Shown in pieces: positions 30,627 to 38,676 of a stretch of 64,000 nt of DNA; position 1 is the first letter of the stretch; each line of letters starts with the position of its first letter. The position numbers and the translations under genes are program-made. The stretch spans positions 4,797 to 68,796 of the forward strand of contig JAFUKI010000077.1 in assembly GCA_017467815.1 (NCBI GenBank). The letters run 5' to 3'. The notes beneath the pieces were generated by a model that ran no database searches, had not been told where the DNA came from, and saw only the letters and a list, made by a program, of their open reading frames with translations. This DNA is from Clostridia bacterium. Lineage in GTDB: Bacteria > Bacillota > Clostridia > Oscillospirales > CAG-272.

Positions 30627-31738
30627 TCTTCTTCTCCTCTCTTTTTCTGCAGGCTGACTTCCATAGTATATCCGCCCACAACCTTCAGCATATCACAATA
30701 ATCGGACAAAGCGGCAAGCATTTCCTTACCGGCATCGCTGTTTTCGTCCCCTTCGGCTTCCACGTAGAAGTAATACTGCCATGCCAGCTCTTTCAGCGGA
30801 CGGCTGCGGAGGGCACGCATATTGAACCCGTGTTCCCCGATGACGCTGATGGCTTTTGCAAGAGCACCGGCGACGTTGTTTACCGTGAACAGCAGCAGGA
30901 ATTTCTTGTCCCTGCCCTTCGCCGATTGGTTGGGCACTCTGGAAAATACGGCAAAACGGGTGGTGTTCACACTGCTTTCGTTGATGTCGTGATCCAGTAC
31001 CCTCAGATCGTACAGCTCCGCCGTTTCCGCACTGGCAATGGCGGCTGCGTGAATATCGCCTTTTTCCGCAACGGTCTGGGCGGCAATGGCGGTATTGGTC
31101 GCCTGGATGACTTCATAGCCTTTTGCCTTGATGTATTCCCCGCACTGCTTGAGCGCCTGGGGATGGCTGATGACTGTGGTAATGGTATCCGGAGAAGAAC
31201 CGGGTACACCCAGCAGATTGTGTGTCACAGGCAGATCGTATACACCGTTGACATACAGAGAACCGTTGAACATCAGATCCATCACCTGACCCACCTCGCC
31301 GGCATAGCTGTTCTCAATGGGCAGTACCGCGCATTCACACTCACCGTCCACTACCGACTGATACGCCGCCTGGAAATCCTCATAGGGAACCGTCTGTCCG
31401 TCGGGGAAGATCCGACCGGCTGCAATGTGGGCAAAAGCCCCTTCCACACCGCTGTATGCAATCTTGACCCCTTCGATCAGCCGTCTCTGGTAGGTCTTGG
31501 ATACTTCCATGGTGTGTTTCTGGAAGCTCACATAATAGGATCTCAGCTCATCGTCGGCAATATACTCCGCATTTCTGGCAAGGAGAACGGCTTCTCTGCC
31601 GGCATCGAAAATGGGCAGTCCCCGTTCCTTTTTGTATTCCGCTACCATCCGCACCGCATCCATGCGCTTGCAGAACAGGGACGCAATTTCTTTGTCCACC
31701 GTACTGATGATTTCTCTTGCCATTTCCAGCTTATCCAT
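30623..31738 (-). CDS. pheA: Bifunctional chorismate mutase / prephenate dehydratase (P-protein-like) with ACT domain
   Basis: 371 aa. An N-terminal CM helix bundle (~85 aa) is followed by a PDT domain and an ACT domain (TRF, ESRP-like motif SRPLK). Confidence 0.88.
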   Translation of the reverse strand: MDKLEMAREIISTVDKEIASLFCKRMDAVRMVAEYKKERGLPIFDAGREAVLLARNAEYIADDELRSYYVSFQKHTMEVSKTYQRRLIEGVKIAYSGVEGAFAHIAAGRIFPDGQTVPYEDFQAAYQSVVDGECECAVLPIENSYAGEVGQVMDLMFNGSLYVNGVYDLPVTHNLLGVPGSSPDTITTVISHPQALKQCGEYIKAKGYEVIQATNTAIAAQTVAEKGDIHAAAIASAETAELYDLRVLDHDINESSVNTTRFAVFSRVPNQSAKGRDKKFLLLFTVNNVAGALAKAISVIGEHGFNMRALRSRPLKELAWQYYFYVEAEGDENSDAGKEMLAALSDYCDMLKVVGGYTMEVSLQKKRGEEE

Positions 31739-31770
31739 ACCGAATCCATCCTTTATATCTTATAGAATCC

Positions 31771-31821
31771 AAACAAAAAACCTCCACACGCACATTCATG
31801 CAACACGAAAGGCGGTGGAGG
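31771..31821 (-). terminator. Leader terminator (attenuator) upstream of pheA
   Basis: Minus strand CCTCCACCGCC...CGTGTGGAGG followed by TTTTTTGTTT, about 30 nt before the pheA ATG. Confidence 0.6.
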
Positions 31822-31960
31822 TTACCATACACGAAGTCCTGTCATTTGGCCAGGCCCGGTACAATGCAACGATCCATCGCGCTCATAAAGTAATAAAAAT
31901 ACGCATACTGCTTAAACATTATACAGCCTGTCCTTTCTTCCGGAATTCAAACATATATAT

Positions 31961-31989
31961 ATTATATACCCAAAAAACGCATATGTCAA
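31961..31989 (-). promoter_or_regulatory. Consensus sigma-A promoter of the aromatic amino acid operon
   Basis: Minus strand TTGACA (31989-31984), 17-nt spacer, TATAAT (31966-31961). Confidence 0.65.
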
Positions 31990-32186
31990 GGGGGATTGTG
32001 TGTTTTTATTAGTATTATGACGAAAAATTCCCCGAAATAAGCAGAAATAGCTGTGATGGAATAGAAAAAATGCAGGATTGGCGTATATTCATCCAGGCTG
32101 ACCTATTCCTGCAGCATCCGACCACAATATATATCCCTCCACGAAAATTAGTTTCACAAGATATGCCAAAAAATGCTAAAATACTA

Positions 32187-32215
32187 TTGACAAAGCACAA
32201 TATGTCGTGTATAAT
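32187..32215 (+). promoter_or_regulatory. Consensus sigma-A promoter
   Basis: TTGACA (32187-32192), 17-nt spacer, TATAAT (32210-32215). Confidence 0.6.
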
Positions 32216-32241
32216 AGAGAAGAAAAGAATCTTCCTCTTCC

Positions 32242-32285
32242 CGTGCAGCCTGCCGTTCATCGACAGCTGCACGATTTTTCTTTTC
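32242..32285 (+). terminator. Rho-independent terminator about 25 nt after the promoter at 32187 (attenuator or end of a ~60-nt RNA)
   Basis: CGTGCAGC (32242-32249) pairs with GCTGCACG (32266-32273), followed by ATTTTTCTTTT. Confidence 0.55.
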
Positions 32286-32362
32286 AACCATATACCAAAC
32301 CGGGAACATTTTCCCCTTTATATTCGTCCAATAGATAATAAAATCACCAGGGGGACGCCATC

Positions 32363-34060
32363 ATGAAACAAAAAACAGCCGTATTCAACCGAAAATATAC
32401 ATTATTTATTGTACCGATCCTTCTGTTCTGCCTGACCGCTGTATTTCTGTCATCCTGTCAGAATCCCCACGTAATTCCCCGGGATACAGAATCCCGGGAA
32501 ACCACTACCCCGGTCACTGGGGAAACGACAGCCAATCCTGAAACTGAAGCCGAAACCCCATCTCTGTATATCGGACCGGATGGGGAGGAATACTTCGGGG
32601 AATTCCACGGCGGTCTGTTTGGACTCGGCACAGAACTGACAAACCTTGTCTCCGAAGAAGAATACCTGCAGTATACAGATAAAACCTTCGCCGGTACTTT
32701 CGACTTCAACCAGCGCTCTTTCTGCCGCTATTTTGGGGTCACGGAAGAAGCCTACAGAGAAGCCGTATCCGTCTATAACTGGTACGATATATACGGAGAA
32801 GCCGGCAGATACAAAGCGGAACAGTACCCCGTGGGCATATTCGGCGATTATGAGGATTTTATCGACATATTCGTAAGAGAGGAATCCCGTATCGGCTGCC
32901 GCACGGAAGAATGGCTTCCCGATGAAAACTGCGTGCATACCTATACTTTCCACACCATAACGGACGAACTGATCGACTGCGTGGGAGAAGAAGCCTACAA
33001 AACCTTCCGTCAGACCTACGCCGGTACGGAAGAATTCAATATTCTGAACTTTATATCCTATTTTTATCTGGATGAAAAAACGGTAAGCGATATACTGGAG
33101 CAAAGTACCGACCCGATCCCGGCGTATAATGTACAGTATCTGTTCGGGGACGAGGAGATGCAGAGAGAATATTTCCTCATCCGGGAATACCAGTCGGACG
33201 AACAGACAAAGCTGTACTACGGCCTGCCCACCCAAGCGGAATTCATGGAAATCACGGACTGGTACATATACGACTCCGGTATGCACCGAATGATCTGTGC
33301 CTTTCTGCGGAATGACTGGGAAACTTTTGCCCGGTACTGCGGTGTAGAACCCGAAGTGTATTCCCATATGCGGAACATGAAAATCGGTGAATACGAACTG
33401 AAAAACGAAATGATCCCGGCATCCGATGACCCCGCATCCGTCAATCCCTTTCTTGTACTCTCCTTTGAGGTGCTGGAAAGTACAAGTGAGGTTTTCCCCG
33501 TGGGAGAGCACGAACTTGTCTGGAAAAGCGGGTTGAACGTGACCTTTAAACCCAGAGAAACCTTCCGGTATACCGTATCTTCACCGTGGGAAATGTCCCG
33601 GGCGGAACGGTATCTGTTGGATTTAGGTTCCGACAGGGATTTTGCGCCGGTGACAGCTGAAAACAAGCGGCAGTTTGGATTGTGCGACTTTATTGTAGGC
33701 AGACTGGATGTCTTATACGGCAACGATGAACCGAGAACAAAGGAAGAAATCGGGGATTATGCGGAAAAGTATCTGGGGGTAGACCGAGACACATTGCAGT
33801 ATGATAAAACCCTTGAGAAAACCGAAAATGGCTACAGACGAATCGGCAGAGGCGGCGGCTCCTATATTTACACCGTTCTATCCGAAGAAGTACGGGACGG
33901 TATCACGGTAATAACAGTACAATTCTGGGCGGACGAATCGAAAACCGTACCGTCACGGAAAGTGGAATTCTATACGGAACTGCTGGACGGTGAATACAAA
34001 CCGCTGTACTCGGTAATCGTGGAAGACAGCAAATTCCGGACCATGTATTTGTCAACATAA
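32363..34060 (+). CDS. Lipoprotein of unknown function
   Basis: 565 aa with a signal peptide and lipobox (FLSSC) and a Thr/Glu-rich linker. No recognised domain. Confidence 0.6.
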   Translation: MKQKTAVFNRKYTLFIVPILLFCLTAVFLSSCQNPHVIPRDTESRETTTPVTGETTANPETEAETPSLYIGPDGEEYFGEFHGGLFGLGTELTNLVSEEEYLQYTDKTFAGTFDFNQRSFCRYFGVTEEAYREAVSVYNWYDIYGEAGRYKAEQYPVGIFGDYEDFIDIFVREESRIGCRTEEWLPDENCVHTYTFHTITDELIDCVGEEAYKTFRQTYAGTEEFNILNFISYFYLDEKTVSDILEQSTDPIPAYNVQYLFGDEEMQREYFLIREYQSDEQTKLYYGLPTQAEFMEITDWYIYDSGMHRMICAFLRNDWETFARYCGVEPEVYSHMRNMKIGEYELKNEMIPASDDPASVNPFLVLSFEVLESTSEVFPVGEHELVWKSGLNVTFKPRETFRYTVSSPWEMSRAERYLLDLGSDRDFAPVTAENKRQFGLCDFIVGRLDVLYGNDEPRTKEEIGDYAEKYLGVDRDTLQYDKTLEKTENGYRRIGRGGGSYIYTVLSEEVRDGITVITVQFWADESKTVPSRKVEFYTELLDGEYKPLYSVIVEDSKFRTMYLST

Positions 34061-34068
34061 GCGAATTC

Positions 34069-34107
34069 TTTCCCCTCTTTCCTTATCCGTAAGGGAGAGG
34101 GGAAAAT
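34069..34107 (+). terminator. Rho-independent terminator
   Basis: TCCCCTCT...AGAGGGGA stem followed by AAATTTATCTT. The U-tract is weak. Confidence 0.4.
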
Positions 34108-34133
34108 TTATCTTCAGAAAAACCAAAAACATA

Positions 34134-34162
34134 TTGACAAATACGGGAAGATGTGCTATCAT
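34134..34162 (+). promoter_or_regulatory. Promoter of the amino acid ABC transporter operon
   Basis: TTGACA (34134-34139), 17-nt spacer, TATCAT (34157-34162). Confidence 0.55.
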
Positions 34163-34229
34163 ATTACTACTTTAGTGTGATAAAGCACTGATCATTATCA
34201 AAAGAACATTTTTAAGGAGAAATCAAAAA

Positions 34230-35033
34230 ATGAAAAAGATTCTTGCACTTGTACTTTCCATGCTGATGCTGTCCGCATGTCTGTTTTCCTGCGGCAGTAC
34301 CGGCGACCTGGCTGCCATCAAGGAAAATGGCAAAATGGTGATCGGTATCACCCTGTACGAACCCATGAACTACTACGCTGAAGACGGCGAGACCCTGATC
34401 GGCTTTGACACCGAATTTGCAGAAGCGCTCTGCGCAGAACTGGGCGTAAAGGCAGAATTCCAGATCATCGACTGGAAAATGAAGGAAACCGAACTGAAGT
34501 CCGGCAACATCGACGCCATCTGGAACGGTCTGACCGTAACCGAAGAACGTAAGGAAAACATGGGCTTCACCACTCCCTACCTGACCAACGAACAGTGCAT
34601 CGTTATCAAGGCTGACAAGGCGGATGTTTATGTAGATACCGCAAGCCTGGCAGGTGCCCTGATTGCCGCTGAAGCAGGTTCCGCCGGTGAATCCGCTGTT
34701 GCCGCTGACGAAAATCTGTCCAAGGCAACCTACGTTGGCGCTGATACCCAGGCAGCTGCTCTGCTGGAACTGAAGGCCGGCAACGTAGACGCAATCGTTG
34801 TTGACCACTCCATGGCAACTGCATCCGTTGGTTCCGGTGACTACGCCGACATGGTTATCGTAGACAGCATCGACCTGACCGACGAACTGTATGCCATTGG
34901 CTTCCGCGTAGGTTCCGACCTGATCGAAGAAGCAAACGACATCATTGCCAAGTTCATCGAAGACGGTACTCTGGAAGCCATTGCTGAAAAGTACGGCCGT
35001 CTGGAACAGTACAAAGCAGCTGTAAACGGCTGA
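34230..35033 (+). CDS. Amino acid ABC transporter substrate-binding lipoprotein
   Basis: 267 aa with a lipobox (LSACLFSCG). Family-3 SBP-like sequence (GFDTEFAEALC, DAIWNGLT). Confidence 0.85.
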   Translation: MKKILALVLSMLMLSACLFSCGSTGDLAAIKENGKMVIGITLYEPMNYYAEDGETLIGFDTEFAEALCAELGVKAEFQIIDWKMKETELKSGNIDAIWNGLTVTEERKENMGFTTPYLTNEQCIVIKADKADVYVDTASLAGALIAAEAGSAGESAVAADENLSKATYVGADTQAAALLELKAGNVDAIVVDHSMATASVGSGDYADMVIVDSIDLTDELYAIGFRVGSDLIEEANDIIAKFIEDGTLEAIAEKYGRLEQYKAAVNG

Positions 35034-35117
35034 GTATCCATCCGAACATAAACCGTTGTCTGCCGTGTCCCCCTTTCTGGTGCGGATGCGGCAGACTGAT
35101 TTCATTCTACTACATTT

Positions 35118-35855
35118 ATGACGAATTTAATGCTTAGGATCTCATTCATGAGCTGGCTGTATGATATTGACTGGGCGGAGGTTTGGTATGTAACGGTTCA
35201 GCTGCTGAATGGTTTCAAGATGACGCTTGGTCTGTTTTTCCTGACCCTGATCTTCTCCCTGCCTCTGGGACTTGTGTTTTCCTTCGGCACCATGAGCAAG
35301 ATCAAACCTCTGCGGTATCTTGTCAAAGGTTTTGTCTACATCATCCGCGGCACGCCCCTTCTGCTGCAGCTGATGATCATTGTATATCTGCCGGGTATTG
35401 CGTTTGGCATGCCCCTGACCCGCTGGGCGATATTCGGCGGAAATGTATCGGCGGCGTACTTTTTCGGAGCGCTTGCGGCGTTTATCATCAATTATGCCTG
35501 TTATTTCAGCGAGATCTACCGCGGCGGTATTGAATCCATTGCGAAGGGTCAGTATGAAGCCGGGCAGGTGTTGGGTATGACCAAGTCCCAGATCTTCTTC
35601 AAGGTGATTCTGATGCAGGTCATCAAGAACATCCTGCCGCCCATCGCCAATGAGACCATTACACTGGTAAAGGACACAGCCCTTGCCAGAACGGTTTCCG
35701 TAATGGAAATTCTGTTCATGGCAAACGAAATTCTGATGCTGAAGCAGCTGATCTGGCCGTTGTTTTACACAGGGGTATTCTACCTGTTGTTCAACGCGCT
35801 GGTTACCTGGATTTTCGGGAAACTGGAAGCCAAGCTGTCGTATTATAAAGTATAA
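35118..35855 (+). CDS. Amino acid ABC transporter permease (His/Glu/Gln/Arg/opine family)
   Basis: Polytopic membrane ORF with an EAA-like loop (GIESIAKGQYEAGQVLGM). The exact start is uncertain. Confidence 0.85.
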   Translation: MTNLMLRISFMSWLYDIDWAEVWYVTVQLLNGFKMTLGLFFLTLIFSLPLGLVFSFGTMSKIKPLRYLVKGFVYIIRGTPLLLQLMIIVYLPGIAFGMPLTRWAIFGGNVSAAYFFGALAAFIINYACYFSEIYRGGIESIAKGQYEAGQVLGMTKSQIFFKVILMQVIKNILPPIANETITLVKDTALARTVSVMEILFMANEILMLKQLIWPLFYTGVFYLLFNALVTWIFGKLEAKLSYYKV

Positions 35856-35867
35856 GGGGGGATTTGT

Positions 35868-36671
35868 ATGCCGATTCTGGAAGTGGAAAACTTTACAAAA
35901 AGCTTCGGGGATGTCAATGTACTGAAGGGCATCGATTTCACCCTGGAAAAAGGCGAAGTGCTGGCTATCATCGGTTCTTCAGGAAGCGGGAAGACCACGC
36001 TGCTGCGCTGTCTGAATTTTCTGGAAACACCCGATGGGGGAAGAATGCGTGTAAACGGCGAAACTCTGTTTGACGCAGAGGAGCACAAAAAGCTGTCGGA
36101 CAAAGAGATCCGTATGCGGAGACTGCATTTCGGACTTGTGTTCCAGTCCTTCAATCTGTTCCCCCAGTATACCGTACTGAAAAACATTACCCTCGCCTCC
36201 GAGCTGCTGGAAAATGAACGTCTGAAAGGGGAAAATGCCGGCAGAGAAAAGAGAAACCGTGTCATGGAAGGCATCCGCGATCATGCCATGGAACTTCTTG
36301 CCACTGTAGGTCTGACGGAAAAGGCGGAAAGCTATCCCTGCCAGTTGTCCGGCGGTCAGTGCCAGCGTGTAGCCATAGCCCGCGCCCTCGCCCTGTCACC
36401 GGATATCCTCTGCTTCGATGAACCCACCTCCGCCCTGGACCCCGAACTCACCGGCGAAGTCCTCCGTGTCATCCGCGGTCTCAAATCCAGCGACCGCACC
36501 ATGATCGTCGTGACCCACGAAATGGCATTCGCCAAAGGTGTCGCAGACAAAGTGATCTATATGGCCGACGGCGTCATCGAAGAAATAGGCACCCCCGACC
36601 AAGTCTTCAACCACCCCCAAAGCGAAAAAACCAGATCCTTCCTCAACGCAGGCCAGCAGTTCCAGTTTTGA
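35868..36671 (+). CDS. Amino acid ABC transporter ATP-binding protein
   Basis: 267 aa with Walker A GSSGSGKTT, signature LSGGQCQR and Walker B ILCFDEPTS. Confidence 0.92.
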   Translation: MPILEVENFTKSFGDVNVLKGIDFTLEKGEVLAIIGSSGSGKTTLLRCLNFLETPDGGRMRVNGETLFDAEEHKKLSDKEIRMRRLHFGLVFQSFNLFPQYTVLKNITLASELLENERLKGENAGREKRNRVMEGIRDHAMELLATVGLTEKAESYPCQLSGGQCQRVAIARALALSPDILCFDEPTSALDPELTGEVLRVIRGLKSSDRTMIVVTHEMAFAKGVADKVIYMADGVIEEIGTPDQVFNHPQSEKTRSFLNAGQQFQF

Positions 36672-36691
36672 AATTGTTATTTGTTTTTTTT

Positions 36692-36775
36692 GCAGGGGGA
36701 GAGGAAAAACTTTTTGCGAAAAAGTCTTTCCTCTCCCCCTGCACCCCCTCTTCTTTTCAAAAAACTTTGAAAAAA
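36692..36775 (+). repeat. Intergenic hairpin-palindrome repeat, copy D (forward; best-formed copy)
   Basis: GCAGGGGGAGAGGAAAAACTTTTTGCGAAAAAGTCTTTCCTCTCCCCCTGC, then CACCCCCTCTTCTTTTCAAAAAACTTTGAAAAA. It starts 20 nt after the stop codon. Confidence 0.88.
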
Positions 36776-36845
36776 GGGGGATTTTTTGTTTTTTGCATAA
36801 ATCAAAATCTATCTGACTTCACTGGTGAAAACTGTACTCCCGCCG

Positions 36846-36933
36846 CAAGCCCAACTGTGTAGCCTTCTCCACCGAGGCATACTTGCCTCAGGAGAAGGTG
36901 GCAGCCTCAAGGCTGATGGATGAGGTGTAACGT
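36846..36933 (+). repeat. Second structured repeat, copy 2
   Basis: Near-identical to 2506-2593. The stem is CCTTCTCC (36863-36870) / GGAGAAGG (36891-36898), a compensatory C-G to T-A change relative to copy 1. Confidence 0.7.
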
Positions 36934-37011
36934 ACGCTTTGAACCTACTAAATTGGTATAAATCCCTCCCCCAACCAACTCTACATCTGTAAGAAAAAAC
37001 CGCCACCGTCC

Positions 37012-37069
37012 CCCAAAAAACAAAACAAAGACCCCGCAAAAAACCTCTCATACAGAAAGTTTTTTGCGG
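37012..37069 (-). terminator. Rho-independent terminator after the DUF1934 gene
   Basis: CCGCAAAAAAC (37034-37044) pairs with GTTTTTTGCGG (37059-37069). On the minus strand a T-rich run follows. Confidence 0.6.
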
Positions 37070-37111
37070 AGTCATACATAACCAGATCCAATTCAAATTC
37101 CCGAAAAAGCC

Positions 37112-37768
37112 TTACATCCGTACCACATTGATCCGCATCGTAGTCCGCTGAATATCCGCCCCCCTGAGTTCAACCAGATAATCCAGCAGAATAACACCGC
37201 CGGATTCAGTGAGTGTGGAGTCAAATTTGCGGGTGTAAATGCAGACGGAGAAAGGCATGGGCATCATGGGAGAGGAATAATCGGAAATGTGACGTTTCCC
37301 TTTTTCACAGCAGAGCGTACTCATAAGCGTACCGCTGCGTTCAATCACAATGGTAGGCGAAGACTTGGAGATGTGCAGGACAGTGAGCGCATCACCGAAA
37401 CCGTTGTCGGGATTTTCGATGTATTTCAGACGGTATTCATTCTCGTCCGATTCCATGGTCCCTTCGGTGGTGAGAATGTAGCGGTTGCTGTTTTCCTCGT
37501 CGGGTTCGGCGGATTCAAACAGGGCGCGGAACATATCCTCGATCTGTTCGACCATATCCTGTTCAATTTCCGCATCCTCGTCCAGTTCCTCGTCCAGCGA
37601 TTCCATCAGATCCTGCAGCTGTGCGGCGGTATTCACCTCAGGCTGGGGATTTTTTTCCTGTCCGCCTGAAAACATGGAATACGCATTGCTGCCCATCTGA
37701 GGGAGAATGTGCCTGGAATTGATCGTGAGCTTTACGGGAAATGCAGTTACGGGAGAATTCTGTTCCAT
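37112..37768 (-). CDS. DUF1934 (YwiB-like) beta-barrel protein with an acidic insertion
   Basis: 218 aa. The DUF1934-like pattern (YRLKYIE..., IVIERSG, ILLDYLVEL) is interrupted by a ~70-aa Asp/Glu-rich segment. Confidence 0.5.
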   Translation of the reverse strand: MEQNSPVTAFPVKLTINSRHILPQMGSNAYSMFSGGQEKNPQPEVNTAAQLQDLMESLDEELDEDAEIEQDMVEQIEDMFRALFESAEPDEENSNRYILTTEGTMESDENEYRLKYIENPDNGFGDALTVLHISKSSPTIVIERSGTLMSTLCCEKGKRHISDYSSPMMPMPFSVCIYTRKFDSTLTESGGVILLDYLVELRGADIQRTTMRINVVRM

Positions 37769-37773
37769 ATTTT

Positions 37774-38661
37774 TCAGGATTCCTTATTTGATAATGTTTT
37801 TTGTTTTTCCATATGGTCTTTTATGAGATTATAGCATAAGACCGAACCGATAACCACCACAGAACCGATCAGAGAGAACATACCGATCTTTTCATCCAGC
37901 ATAAATGCGGTAAGCAGAGGATTCAGAATGGGTTCAATGGTACTGATCAGGGATGCGGCAAAGGCAGGAGTGTGATCCAGACCTTCCGCCATGAATATGT
38001 AGGAAGAAGCGTACTGTACAGCACCCAGTAAGAACATCATAACCAGAATTTCCACCGTACAGTTGCCCGGAGTGGTAACTTCCGTGATAAGGGCGGGGAA
38101 ACCGATGACGGCACTGATCACACACCCCACAAAGATGGACGACAGATTGTCACTGCCCGGTATCATTTTCATCATAAATACCACAGCATACGTCATACCG
38201 GCGCCAAGCCCGAAAATATTACCGAGCAGAGGATTGGGCGCAGTGGCGGGACCGACCAGACTGTCGTAGAAGAAACAGAGGATACCGCAGATAACGATGG
38301 GCATGATGATAAGATCCAGCTTGGTGGGCTTTTTGCGGAAGAACACCAGGGAGAACAGAATAATAAAGACCGGTGCTGTAAATTCCAGAATAATAGCAGC
38401 CGCGGCAGTGGTCATCTTGGCGGAGAGCACATAGAAATATCCGGAAGCGGCAATGGCTGCACCGCAGAGGAAGACGGACTTGTTGAAAACGAGCTTATGC
38501 TTCCGCAATTTGAGGTACAGGAAAATGACACAGGCAGCCACAAGGGTTCTGCCGCCGCCGATGGCGAAGGATCCCCACGGAATGGCTTTTACGAAGAAAC
38601 CGCTGCTGGAAAAACAGATAGCTGCGCACAGGATAAGAAAAGGAGAAATTTTTTTCTTCAT
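37774..38661 (-). CDS. EamA/DMT family transporter
   Basis: 295 aa with 10 predicted TM helices, a duplicated EamA-like architecture. Confidence 0.8.
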   Translation of the reverse strand: MKKKISPFLILCAAICFSSSGFFVKAIPWGSFAIGGGRTLVAACVIFLYLKLRKHKLVFNKSVFLCGAAIAASGYFYVLSAKMTTAAAAIILEFTAPVFIILFSLVFFRKKPTKLDLIIMPIVICGILCFFYDSLVGPATAPNPLLGNIFGLGAGMTYAVVFMMKMIPGSDNLSSIFVGCVISAVIGFPALITEVTTPGNCTVEILVMMFLLGAVQYASSYIFMAEGLDHTPAFAASLISTIEPILNPLLTAFMLDEKIGMFSLIGSVVVIGSVLCYNLIKDHMEKQKTLSNKES

Positions 38662-38676
38662 AACCGTAACCCCCTC

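Noticed and set aside
31739-31960. T-box riboswitch or Phe-rich leader peptide in the aro operon leader
   Set aside because: No match by eye to the conserved T-box sequence or to stem I elements. The only small ORF (MFEFRKKGQAV, 31954-31919) would begin at about the transcription start with no RBS and has only 2 Phe residues. The region is kept as an unidentified attenuator rather than a named class.
36150-36290. A slightly enlarged segment (~13 aa extra, …ELLENERLKGENAGREKRNRVMEG…) in the amino acid ABC ATPase
   Set aside because: This is a small variable-loop expansion between conserved motifs. All catalytic motifs are intact and nothing suggests a distinct function.
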